From NCBI RefSeq assembly GCF_009914755.1, contig NC_060932.1: a DNA stretch of 64,000 nt; one strand, 5' to 3'. This DNA is from the human T2T-CHM13v2.0 reference genome, Homo sapiens. Both the position numbers and the translations under genes were made by a program. The notes beneath the pieces are model-generated. The model did no database searches. It was given only the letters and a program-made list of their open reading frames with translations, and was not told the DNA's origin. Of the stretch, positions 1 through 13,608 are shown in pieces; positions within the stretch are counted from its first letter, which is position 1, and each line of letters starts with the position of its first letter.

Positions 1-379
1 CTCATTGGAAGACCTACCTCAAATCAGACTCAAATCCCAGGAGTGCTGGAGGGAGCTGGGGTGACCTGTCCTTGGGTTTTTGGTGACATTTTAGGGAGCC
101 AGCATTCAACGAAATGCTAGTGGCATTTTGAAGTTTCCTGGACAGGGCTGATTTGTCCTGCGAGGGCTGCATCTGGGACAGCACCGAGGTTGGTCCGTGT
201 CCTTTCTCGCCGCGTGGCCTGGTCGCTCTCCTGCTTGGGGGTTTGCAATTCTGCTTGGCACCTCTGTGATTCCCAGTACGGGTGAATTTCTTCTCCTTGG
301 CTTGGCCACTTGAATGGCTTTTTCTGGAAACCTGCTGCTCATATCTGCTGCTCTTTGGGAATCTCGAAGGATTATTTAC

Positions 380-1021
380 TGTAAACCAAAAATAAAATTC
401 TAAGGCCCTCCACAACCATCTGAATGGACCCTCTTCTTGACTAGGGTATTCCAAAGTGAACCTGAAAAACTGGTTCGGATCATGCCGGGAAAGGGTTGGA
501 CAGCCTCATCATCCCTCCTCCCTCCTGGAATTCAGGAAAAGCTGACCACCGTTAACATCAACACAGACCTTCAGTCTGAGGAGAAGCATTTACCATCTAT
601 TGTCTCGGAAGCCTGCTACCTGGAGGCTTCATCTGACGATAAAACCCTGGTCTCCACCCCCCTTGTAATCCACACATTCCTTTCCATTGATTCCAGCTCT
701 TTAGATAATCTTAACTCTTTCAACCAATTGCCAATCAGAAAATTTTTAAATCTACCTAAAACCTGGAATCCCACCCCCCCCCCCCACCCCGCCCCCACCT
801 CGTCCGCTGGAGTTGTCCTGCCTTTCCGGATGGAGAAATGTATATCTTCCATGTATTTGATTGATGTCTTCAGTATCCCTAAAACCAGACTGTGCCCCAG
901 CCACCTTGGGCACATGTTCTCAGGGTCTCCTGAGGGCTGTGTCGTGGGCTATGGCCCCTTATATTTGGCTCAGAATAAATGTCTTCGAATATTTTACAGA
1001 GTTTGACTCTTTTTGTGGACG
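380..1021 (+). mobile_element. Solo ERV1-class LTR, MER4-like
   Basis: Begins tgtaaaccaaaaataaaattctaag and ends ...attttacagagtttgactcttttt.gtggac, matching the MER4-family LTR ends as I recall them; AATAAA near the 3' end. Subfamily not verified. Confidence 0.7.
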
Positions 1022-1221
1022 TTATGTGTGGAGGGAATCATCGCGTGTTACATGCGTGGCAAATATTTCCTTGTTTGTCTCGTCCTTCAGTTTGTTTATT
1101 CTTTTTTTCTTTTCTTTTCTTTTCTTTTATTTTAGATTTTTAGGTAGTATTTATGAATCCCAATCCCGGTTTTGTGTCTTTTCTTTTAAAAAAAATTTTA
1201 ACAGCTTTATTGAATATACTT

Positions 1222-2789
1222 CACGCACCATACAATCCACCCGTTTACAGTGGGTAACTCAGTGGTTTCTCACGCACCATACAATCCACCCATTTACAGT
1301 GGGTAATTCAGTGGTTTGTCACGCACCATCCAATCCACCCGTTTACAGTGGGTAATTCAGTGATTTCTCACGCACCATACAATCCACCCGTTTACAGTGG
1401 CTAATTCAGTGGTTTCTCATGCACCATACAATCCACCCGTTTACAGTGGGTAATTCAGTGGTTTGTCATGCAGCATACAATCCACCCGTTTACAGTGGGT
1501 AATTCAGTGGTTTCTCACGCACCATACAATCCACCCGTTTACAGTGGGTAATTCAGTGGTTTCTCACGCACCATACAATCCACCCGTTTACAGTGGGTAA
1601 CTCAGTGGTTTGTCACGCACCATACAATCCACCCGTTTACAGTGGGTAACTCAGTGGTTTGTCACGCACCATACAATCCACCCGTTTACAGTGGGTAACT
1701 CAGTGGTTTTTCACGTACCATACAATCCACCCGTTTACAGTGGGTAATTCAGTGGTTTCTCACGCAGCATACAATCCACCCATTTACAGTGGGTAATTCA
1801 GTGGTTTCTCACGCAGCATACAATCCACCCGTTTACAATGGGTAATTCAGTGGTTTGTCACGCACCATCCAATCCACCCGTTTACAGTGGGTAATTCAGT
1901 GGTTTGTCACGCACCATCCAATCCACCCGTTTACAGTGGGTAATTCAGTGGTTTGTCACGCACCATCCAATCCACCCGTTTACAGTGGGTAATTCAGTGG
2001 TTTCTCACGCACCATACAATCCACCCGTTTACAGTGGGTAATTCAGTGGTTTGTCACGCAGCATACAATCCACCCGTTTACAGTGGGTAATTCAGTGGTT
2101 TCTCACGCACCATACAATCCACCCGTTTACAGTGGGTAATTCAGTGGTTTCTCACGCACCATACAATCCACCCGTTTACAGTGGGTAATTCAGTGGTTTG
2201 TCATGCAGCATACAATCCACCCGTTTACAGTGGGTAATTCAGTGGTTTCTCACGCACCATACAATCCACCCGTTTACAGTGGGTAATTCAGTGGTTTGTC
2301 ATGCAGCATACAATCCACCCGTTTACAGTGGGTAATTCAGTGGTTTCTCACGCACCATACAATCCACCCGTTTACAGTGGGTAATTCAGTGGTTTCTCAC
2401 GCACCATACAATCCACCCGTTTACAGTGGCTAATTCAGTGGTTTCTCACGCACCATACAATCCACCCGTTTACAGTGGGTAATTCAGTGGTTTGTCATGC
2501 AGCATACAATCCACCCGTTTACAGTGGGTAATTCAGTGGTTTCTCACGCACCATACAATCCACCCGTTTACAGTGGGTAATTCAATGGTTTCTCATGCAC
2601 CATACAATCCACCCGTTTACAGTGGCTAATTCAGTGGTTTCTCACGCACCATACAATCCACCCGTTTACAGTGGCTAATTCAGTGGTTTCTCACACAGCA
2701 TACAATCCACCCATTTACAGTGGGTAATTCAGTGGTTTCTCACGCACCATACAATCCACCCGTTTACAGTGGGTAACTCAGTGGTTTTT
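1222..2789. repeat. 49-bp minisatellite, 32 copies (CACGCACCATACAATCCACCCGTTTACAGTGGGTAATTCAGTGGTTTCT)
   Basis: Unit starts at 1222, 1271, 1320 ... 2741 give an exact 49-bp period. Units differ only by point variants and have no spacers. Confidence 0.97.
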
Positions 2790-2889
2790 ACCATATTCGC
2801 AGTTTTAGCCCATTTTCATCATCTTGAAAAGAAACCTTGAACGCTTCAGCGCTATCTTTGCTCCATTCACTGTGAGAACGTGAAGTGGT

Positions 2890-4061
<1,172 letters not shown>

Positions 4062-5803
4062 TAATAATCCCTGCCACCACCTAGCAACCACTCATCTCCT
4101 TTTCCTCCCTATAGAGCTCCCTATTCCGGCCACTTCTGAGAAATAGAACTGTACACTGCTTGGCCTGTTGTGCGCGGCTTCTGTCTCACTTAGCATCGTG
4201 TTTTCAAGCACCCCCCGCGTGTTTTCAAGGCTCTCCCGTGTTTTGGCGTGGGTCGGGGCTTCATTCCTTTATGTAGCTGAATAACATTCTGTGGTGTGGG
4301 TCTGTCATCTCTGTGATCCCTCCATCAGTTGATGGGCATTTGGGTTTTTCCCGCCTTTTGTCTGCTATGAATAATGCCACTGTGAATGTTTGTGCACAGG
4401 CTTTTGTGTGGACTCGTGTTTACTCTTCTTGGGCCATGCCTGGGGGTGGAATTTGGCCTGGGGGTGGAATTTGGACCAGGTGGGGGGGCGGGGGTGGAAT
4501 TGCTGTGTTTACAGCAACTCTGTCCAATCCTTTCAGGAACGTGTCTTGCTTTTCTATTCTGAATTATCTAGCATTAAAAAACCTCCTCTTTTTACATCGA
4601 AACCTCTCATTCAGTTGGCATGCCTTTGGCTGTAGCGAGAGAGGTGATGATCCAGCCTTATCCTGTTCTCTCCACAGTGCTCCACGGCGGCTGCCAGTGA
4701 GCCCTGTCCCTCTCCTGCAGATCTGAGAAGTGCTCCATTGTCACCTCAATTCTTGAGCTTATCTGGGTATCTCCAGCGCACCCTGTTTATGTCTTCTTCT
4801 GTGCCCGGGGCTACTCTGAAAGTTGTCCTGCACCTGAGTGTCCGGCGGCCCTGCCTGAGACACCCCCTCCTTGTGGAGCAGCTTAACAATTGCATCAGCT
4901 TTCTCCTGTGCTGATTCTTCATGAGAACGTTGCCAAGGTGAGAACAAGAAAGGCCAAGGAAAGGGCCTGGCGGTGTGTTTCTTGGCAGGTGCTAACTCAG
5001 TCGGGGGGATCTGGGTGCTGCAGGTATTGACTCACCTCGGCCTCTCCGAGGGGAGTGCCAGGCTTATGTGGGGGTCTCATTCAACCTTGCAGCCCGAAGC
5101 TCGGCCATGACGCAATGTTGCCTAGGGAGTGATCAACTTCCACAAACATCACTTACCTAGTTTCCATGTCCACCCTGAGATGGGTGGCCACAGCTGCCCA
5201 TCACCTCAGTCTGATTCATCCCACTCCCAGCATCTCTCCCCAGCACCCTGCCTTGTGTGCTGGGTACCCAGTGGCCCAGAGGAGCTGGAGGTGGTGTTCC
5301 CTGCCAGAACTGGGGGTTTCCTAGAGAGGGGCAGGCCGGGCCACTGGCCCAGGGGCATGTATGAGGGCGAGGGTGAGGATGCCGCCTCACTCTTCTCCCT
5401 ATTCCAGAAGGCCTGCTGCAGCCGTCTTTGCCAATGGCACCTCCTCCCTTCCTCCACCCCGCACAGCCTCCATGTCTCAGCCGGGGTGTCCTTTTTCTGA
5501 GGTTTCCCAACTCACGCTCTGGGGTGGAGGGCTCCTCATGTGCCCCAGCCCCAACTCCCACTCTAGCTGCTTCAGGAGAAGCAGCTGCCCGGGGTGCCTG
5601 GGCCCCCGTGCCCTTCAGGCCTGACAGTTGGCTGGAGGCGGGAGGGCCTGTTCCGTGATAAGGGCAAGTGGGGGTGGGGTAGTAGGGTTTAGCCTGGGGT
5701 GAGGGAGCGAGGCACCCCCAAATCTACTCCACTCTACTCCCAAGCCCAGGATGGCAGGACTCCACTCTCACTGCATAGCTTGTACCACACGATCCAATCA
5801 CAT

Positions 5804-5809
5804 TTTATT
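5804..5809 (-). terminator. SLURP2: SLURP2 polyadenylation signal AATAAA
   Basis: tttatt on + strand, about 240 nt past the SLURP2 stop codon. Confidence 0.75.
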
Positions 5810-6046
5810 GTGGGGAGGTCGGGACCTGAAGGGGCGGCAGGCACGATGGGCCCCAGGCTTGGACGGCAGCAGATTGAGGCAAGACTCCACGCAGGACTTC
5901 CCTAGGACAAGCGGTGCTGGACGGTGGCTGCAGAGGCCGGGAGAGGTGGGCTGGCCAGTCTCGAGGGAGGGGCGGCCGTGAGCCCTGGCGCCAGGCTGTG
6001 GGGGCCGTGGGGGCTGAGCGTCCGGGGGCCTGGAGGAGGGCAGCCG

Positions 6047-6183
6047 TCAGTCATGGTTGCAGAGGCTGGTCTGGCAGCAAGCGATGGATACGTAGGGGCC
6101 CAGGCCCAGGCTGGGGATATCGGGGCAGCCTATGTGGCACATCTTGGTGACCAGAGGCAAATCCTCGGTGTTGCTGAGGACCC
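6047..6183 (-). CDS. SLURP2: SLURP2 coding exon 3 ((R)[44 protein letters not shown]); secreted, no GPI tail
   Basis: Acceptor ctcctgcccactcag ends at 6184; CCxxxxCN motif followed almost at once by TGA. Spliced CDS 52+105+137=294 nt = 97 aa. Confidence 0.96.
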
Positions 6184-6477
6184 CTGAGTGGGCAGGAGAG
6201 AAACCATGGAGCTCCCTGAGGCTCTGGTTTGCCCAGACCCTGCTGCCCCATCTGCCACTGAGCTGAGGGTCAGACGCCCCAGGTACATGAAGCATACGGG
6301 CCCTCCTGGGGCAGACGTGGCCCTTTGCTCATACCCTTCCCTGGGCATCACTGGCGGACACTCCCCACTATGCTTCTGACTTACTGGGTGCCTGGATCTG
6401 GCTCTGTCACCCTCTGAGCCCACATCTTCCCACCTGGGCAAGAAGGACGTGGCCAGCCCACCACTGTTCCCACTTAC

Positions 6478-6582
6478 GGGTGGCAGTGGTGACACAGTGG
6501 GTGGAGTCCCTCAGGCATCTGGATCCATGGGAGCACCCTCCGAAGCCCGTGCACTGGTGACACCATATGGCTTCGGCTGCAG
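6478..6582 (-). CDS. SLURP2: SLURP2 coding exon 2 (AAAEAIWCHQCTGFGGCSHGSRCLRDSTHCVTTAT)
   Basis: Acceptor tccgcag, donor gtaagt; 105 nt, phase 1-1; first five LU cysteines. Confidence 0.96.
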
Positions 6583-6894
6583 CTGCGGACATGGGGACAG
6601 ACAGGACACAAACGGATGGGAGGCAGGTGTGGGCCACCTTCTGCAGTGACGGCACGCACTCATCTCCACCCAGCAGCCCATGCTCCTTCTCAGCGGCCAG
6701 TGTCCCGACCCTGTGATCCAGCCCTCTCAGGAGCTGGGCCCCTGTCCCTCACCTTGGGGTGCCTGGCAGCCCTGCAGCTGGAGCCAGCTGGTTGCATCCT
6801 TGCCCAGGAAGCAGCCTTGGGCAAGGGTGGGGCCGGGCAGCCCTGGCTCGCAGTGTGATGTCCCAGGGCAGTGGTGGTGCAGCAGCCTGGGCTA

Positions 6895-7908
<1,014 letters not shown>

Positions 7909-9330
7909 GTGGCGGCACCCAGGCAGCTGCAGGGAGCGGTGAGCTCTGCCTCACTTTACCCAGGAGGACGGCCCGTGCTCGGGAGACACTGCTCTTCCGC
8001 GGGCGCTGCTGTGGGTCTGCCCCACTCCCGAGGCCTGCTAGCCCTCCTGGGCACCCCCCAAGGGCTTCCCTGCCTGCTCTCTGCCCCTCTTCATCCCTGA
8101 CTCTGTCCTCTCCTCCCTGGCCGCCTCCATCCATTTCTCATTTCTCAGCCTCCAACTCCCTCCCTCCCTGTCCTCACCCTTGGTTCACACACCCAGGACT
8201 GGGTAAGCAGAGTCCCTAACACCTGCTGGCCCCAGGCCTGCTCTCTCTGCATAGGAGCCTGCAGGGTGACAAGGCCAATGGTGTGGCCATAAGGATGTGA
8301 GGGCTGCTCTGTCACAGGCACCAGGCGCAGGCCCTGGCTTCCTCTTGAGCTGTGCCCCAGGCAGCCCAGCCTCAGGACACAGGAGCCCACGCCTGCCCTA
8401 TCCCATCTCTGCTGGGCTGCCCCCGCCTCACTGTTGCCAAAGGTGGAGAAGGGCTGGAGTCAGCCCCAGTCAGTGCCAGCTCCAAACCCGGGTTCCTGAC
8501 AGCATGGCTCTGTATGCACCAGCACTGAGCTGACCTCAGACCTCAGTGCACACCAGGCCCCTGCCACGGGCCAGAGTCCTCTGGTCACCCCTGGGTCCTG
8601 TGGGCGGAATCCTCCATCGAGGCACCACGGAGAAGGTGACACAGATGGGAAGTTCCGGCCAGGGCAGGCCCCTGCCATCAGCTTTGGCCCCTCTACCAGC
8701 CCCGGAGAGCAAGCTGAGACCCCACCTTCGAGAAAGAAAGGTGGTGACAGCTGCCTCCAAGCCCCTCTCTGCCTTCCCACCAAAGTGGCTTGAAGCTCCC
8801 CTTGGCTGTCACATCCAACCTAGTGACAGCCAATAAGTCGGACACGCCTCTACTCAACACTGGCAGCCACAGGCCACAGCTGGCTGGGGTGGGGGGTAGC
8901 AGGGAAGATGGGCAGGAGGCTGGGGCACCAGAAGGAGGAGGTGAGGATATGGGTGCCCAAGGGTGCCATGGAGAGAACCAGCTCCAGCCTGTCCACTACA
9001 CATGCCCACGCTCCCAAGGCCTCCCTGGCTTTGAACTTGCTGTTCCTCCTGCCCTCTGGGCAAAACAAGCCCTGGTGCAAATGCCACCCCCTCCAGGAAG
9101 GCCTCCTTGGTTTCCAGGGCAGAGTGAATGGTTCCAACTCTGACACACCCACCGTGAACTGCAGCATCCTGCCCCAGCTGGCATCAGTGTCCCTGCTCCA
9201 AGTGATTGTGCTCAGGGCTCCTTCCTCACCCCCACCCAAGCATGAGGGCCTCTGAGGCTGGGCAGGGCGTTCTACCCATTCCTCAGTGCTCCCTCCCCTG
9301 CACTTAATGAGGCCCAGGAGAGGCTTGCAG

Positions 9331-9378
9331 AATGAATGAATAAATGAATGAATGAATGAATGAATGAATGAATGAATT
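9331..9378. repeat. (TGAA)n microsatellite
   Basis: Read directly from the sequence. Confidence 0.9.
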
Positions 9379-11196
9379 CCGGGGGTGGTTGCAGGTTGGG
9401 TTATCAAGAGAAATAATAATTCTGTCCCTTATCAGAGGGTTTTTGATTTTCAGCAATGAGATCCTGAGGGAAGCAGATAAAATGTTAGCTCCAAACCGGA
9501 AAGGCTGCTCGATGGTGACTGTGAGGACACAGGGACAGTGTTCAGACTGGCGCCTGACACACGGGAGGGAGGGGAGATCAGGGGGAGAAGAGGAGAGAGG
9601 AAGGGAGGGAGGAGGAGAGGAAGGAAGGAAGGGAAGGAGGGAGGAGGAAAAGAGAGGAGGAGGGAGGTGGGGTGGGGGGGAGGGGGCAGGAATAATGGAG
9701 GGACAAACAGGATGGTGGGATGGGCTCTGGGTGTAGCTGCATGGCTGGGGGCAGGTCTCTCCCACTGGGGACCCCCGTGCTGGCTCTGAAGCAGGCTGGC
9801 CCCTCGGGGAGATTGTGCTGTCCATGTATGGCAGAGAGCAGACACCAAGCAATGACAGGGGATGCAGGTGCCCCTGAGAGAGGCTCGCCAGTCCTCCAAC
9901 CGGAAGAGCAGTGAGGCAGCTTGGGGCTTGTTCCTCGAGGGGCAGGTGGGATTTCAGCAGAAGGAAGGGCTCCAGGAGCCCTGGTGCAGGGAAGGGCCTC
10001 TGGGTCAGAGGGGAGTCCGTGGGCACCGGGCACCCAGGCAGAGGCTCCTGTGATGTGCCATCCCTGGCCTGGATGGCCACCTGACTGCCTGTCCAGTCCT
10101 GATGGTTACAAAGGCCTTCTCCAGGTTAAGTCGAGTCCCCAGGCCCCTGTGTGTCTCGGACCTTCAGCACAGAGCTGGTCTGCCCTCATGACCCTGGGGC
10201 AGTCCTCAGGGTCAGCGGCTCAGCCTCTCATAGGCCAGGAGGGTGCCCCTGGGGATGGAGACTGGAGGGATGTAAGAGACACCTGAGCCAGCGCCAGGGA
10301 CTCACCGACGCTCCACCCCCTGCTCATTCAGGGCCTGGGAGGCAGGGGCTGCCCAGGTCGTTCAACCCACAGCCAGGGACGCAGAGGCTTGGCCCCTGGG
10401 GGGCTGGGCTGCTTGGGCTTGGAGGTGCAGGCCACCGGCAGATCAAGGGGCCAGCTGGTTTTGTTGAGGCCTCAGGGTGGGGGTGGAGATGCCCTGCCAA
10501 GAGAAGACGTTCAGGCTCTGCTGGGGGATGCCAAGGCCAGGTGTGCACAGCTGTGCTTGAGGGGTCATCCCCTTGGAGCCCTCAGGAAGGCCCTGGGCCA
10601 AGGGATCTGAAGCTGGGGGGACAGGGCCAGCCGTAGCAGACGTGGGCACTGCGGGGGTCGAGGGTTGGGGGATGGGGAGGGGGTAAAATCACCCAGGAAA
10701 GCGGGGAGCAGAGGAGAGGACCCGGGAGCAGGAACTGGGGATGGGAGAGCAGAGGGACTTGGTTTTCCCAGGCAAGAGGGAAGAGGGAGTCCCGGGAGGG
10801 TGGCCCCAGGAGACAAACCAGCTGGGAGGCCAGGCCCAAGAGGGCTGGAGGGGGGCACATTCAGAGTGTGTGTGTGCACGTGCACGAAGGTGCGTGTGTG
10901 AGGGGTGTCGCGGTGGACTGGAGAGGTCTGGGGGCTGGGCAGAGGAAGAGGGGGGTTTGAGCCAAGGGCTGTGCATCCTGAGAAGTGTGGGGGCCAGTGT
11001 CGGGGGCTGGGGCTGAGCTGGATGGACCTGCAGGATCGCAGGAGGCTTTCGGAGGAAAGCTGCACCTGGTAGATGGTGGGGGGACAGGAATGGGTTCTCC
11101 CGAGGTGGGCAGTCACAGCCCAGGGCTGGAGGGACGGTGGTTGGGCTAGAGTGATGGGGGCCTTGAGCAGGAGGTGGCCCCAGCCCCTGGACTCAC

Positions 11197-11248
11197 CCAG
11201 CTGCAGGCTCAGGACGGCGGCCAGCAGGAGCCCAGTGCCGAGCTGCAT
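11197..11248 (-). CDS. SLURP2: SLURP2 coding exon 1, signal peptide MQLGTGLLLAAVLSLQL
   Basis: ATG at 11248, donor G|gtgagt; 52 nt. Confidence 0.96.
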
Positions 11249-11292
11249 GTTCTCCTGGTGAGGTCGGGCTGTCGGCGCCCTGGCCGGCTGCC

Positions 11293-11355
11293 TTATACCT
11301 GCTGGCACCCCGCCCTGGCCCTCGCCCGCTCAGCAGACTCTGCGGGTCTGAGTCA
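11293..11355 (-). promoter_or_regulatory. SLURP2: SLURP2 core promoter: TATAA (11293-11297) and AP-1 site TGAGTCA (11349-11355)
   Basis: Motifs about 45 and 100 nt upstream of the ATG; function inferred. Confidence 0.65.
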
Positions 11356-11531
11356 CCAGGCAGCCGGGCTCAGTCAAGGAGCCGGGCTGGGGTCCGGGCG
11401 GTAGGGGCCAACCTGGCCCCAAAGCTCGCTGGTTAGGCCTCTGAGCGGGCCGGTGTCATCTCATGAGCCATCTCTCCTTGTCCATAAAGTAGGGATAGCC
11501 CTGGCTGACAGGATTGAGGATCTGATAAAAT

Positions 11532-11650
11532 GGCCTGGCACCAGGCAAGCAATGGCCACAGGCCACTCTCCCTCAGTGGCTGGGAAGGAAGGCCTGGCAC
11601 CAGGCAGGTGACGGCCACAGGCCGGTCTCCCTCAGAGGCTGGGAAGGAAG
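11532..11650. repeat. 59-bp imperfect tandem duplication upstream of SLURP2
   Basis: ggcctggcaccaggca...ggctgggaaggaa at 11532 and 11591. Confidence 0.8.
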
Positions 11651-12657
11651 GTCTGGTGGGAAGGAGGGTCTTGGGCACCAGCCACCAGCCCACCCCTTAC
11701 GCCTCAAAATGCACATGAAGCTCAGGGCTGGGTGGAAGCCACAGGCCTTCATCTGTACTCCCACCCTAGAATGAGTTCCATGACAAGACCTCCTCCAAAT
11801 AAGCCAGAGCTTTCCCATCCTGACCCCCGCAGGGCTGGGAGAACACAGAGGGAGCATGGTTGTGAGCCACCTCTCTGTCATCCGTACAGGGAATCATGGC
11901 CATTGTCACACTGTGACTAACGCCCCAGGATCTGTGCAGAGGAGTAGGGGGGACAGAAAGGCCCTTGGTACTAAAAGGGACCCCAAGGATAAGGTAAGAG
12001 CCCAGAAGGGACACCCTGGAGAGCGGGAGCCATCAGCTGTTCCTCCAAAGGCTGGCCAGGGGCTGGGGCCCCAAAGGGCCTGTCCGTAGCCAGTCAGCCA
12101 TGCCAACCCGGGGACCCCTATGTGTCTCTCGGGCTGCCCACATGGCTTCTGTCTACCCCTCCGTTTCGGGGGCTCCTTATGGCTGGGAGGTGGGCCCAGG
12201 AGGAGGGAGATCCTGAAAGAGGGGCTGGCAGATCCAGGCCCTCCTTCCTGGGGCAGTCGAGAAGCTGGGGTCAGGAACCAGGTAGGCAGAGAGGTCAGAG
12301 ATGGTGGGATGGGGTCCTGGGGGAGTTCCCGCCTCCCTTACCCCGCACACCCAGACTTCCTCAGGGGTTTGTATGCCCCTCAGGGGTGCTGGGTGGGGGG
12401 TGGCCTCTCTCCCACGGAACTGGGAGCAACTCTCAGCAAGCCCCAGGAGCCCTGCCTGTCTCCCTCCCTGTGCCTGGCTCCGAGGACAGGTCAGGCCTAG
12501 AGGCCAGAAAAGTCCAGGACCTGGACCGGGTAGGGTAGACAGGAAAGTGGCTGCATGCAGCCTGGAGTGCCAGCCCAGCCAGGCTGGAAAGGTGAGGCCC
12601 GAGCTCAGGCCAAGGCAGTGGGGCTGGAGAGAAGCGCAGACAATGCGAATCTGTTGA

Positions 12658-12663
12658 TTTATT
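12658..12663 (-). terminator. LYNX1: Likely LYNX1 distal polyA signal, implying a 3'UTR of about 4 kb
   Basis: First minus-strand AATAAA I found downstream of the LYNX1 stop; consistent with the long LYNX1 mRNA as recalled. Confidence 0.6.
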
Positions 12664-13427
12664 TACGGCTCGGTGAGACGACGCTGGACGCTGGTTAGGG
12701 TAAGGGTTAGGGCAAGCATTAGCAGCAGGGGCATGGCCCTGGGAAGCACCTGGACCCCAGAACATAAGACAGGAGGGAGAGATGCCATCCATTCAGCGGG
12801 CACTTATGCCCACGACCAGCTGAGCCAGACCAGCATTCCCATTTCACCACCCCTTACTCCTCAAGATGCAAATGAAGCTCAGGGCTGGGCGGAAGCTGGC
12901 AGGGCTGTCCACAGGGAGGACCCCCGTGTGTCTCTCGGGCTGCCCAGGTGGCTCTGTCCACCCTTCTGTCTGGGAGGCTCCTTAAGGCTGGGGAGGGCCC
13001 AGAGGGAAGGAGATCCTGAGGGGCTGGCAGATTCAGGCCCTCCCTGCGAGCTGAGGTTTGAAGAGGAGAGCAGACCACCCAGAGTAGTGGGAGAAAGCAC
13101 CGGCAGAAAAGCTGGCATATCCACCGAGGGCCTCTCTGCTTCTTTTGACCTTTTTCAGAGTTTCAGAGTTATGAACCAAATCGCCTTCATGAGAGATGAC
13201 GAATCAGATGCTACATAGTGGGGGAGGCGGCAGCTGGCCTGGCTCCCCCACTTCCCCAGGACCTCCGCCTGGAGGAAGCCTGCCCAGGGCCGCAGCCCTG
13301 CCCCCAAAGACCCCAGGACAGACCAGAGCTCCTGCTGGAGCCGGGTGTCCCCATGCTGACCTGGCCATGTCCCCAGGTCCCACCCCAGGGTCACTTCCTG
13401 TAGCTCCGACTTCTCTAGTGGCTGATT

Positions 13428-13608
13428 GCAGTTCCCAGAATGTATAACATCCCAGGGTGCCAGAGCCCACCCAAGCAGCCACTCCTGTCCAGTTCCCAGA
13501 ATGTATAACATCCCAGGGTGCCAGAGCCCGCCCAAGCAGCCACTCCTGTCCAGTTCCCAGAATGTATAACATCCTAGGGTGACAGAGCCCGCCCAAGCAG
13601 CCACTCCT
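13428..13608. repeat. 61-bp tandem repeat, 3 copies, in the LYNX1 3'UTR
   Basis: gttcccagaatgtataacatc recurs at 13431, 13492 and 13553. Confidence 0.92.

Noticed and set aside
1222-2789. CRISPR-like regular array
   Set aside because: Units are head-to-tail with no unique spacers, there are no cas genes, and the context is eukaryotic; it is a minisatellite.
5395-5450. Plus-strand ACCSRLC followed by frameshifted NGT, resembling a decayed LY6 CCxxxxCN exon
   Set aside because: Cys spacing is wrong, it needs a frameshift, there is no upstream CxxxC or matching exons, and it is on the opposite strand to the cluster.
12664-12734. Minus-strand signal-peptide-like micro-ORF MPLLLMLALTLTLTSVQRRLTEP with a possible gtaaat donor
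   Set aside because: The donor would be phase 2 (68 nt), incompatible with LY6 exons. The hydrophobicity comes from a short TTAGGG-like repeat, and it overlaps the LYNX1 polyA region.
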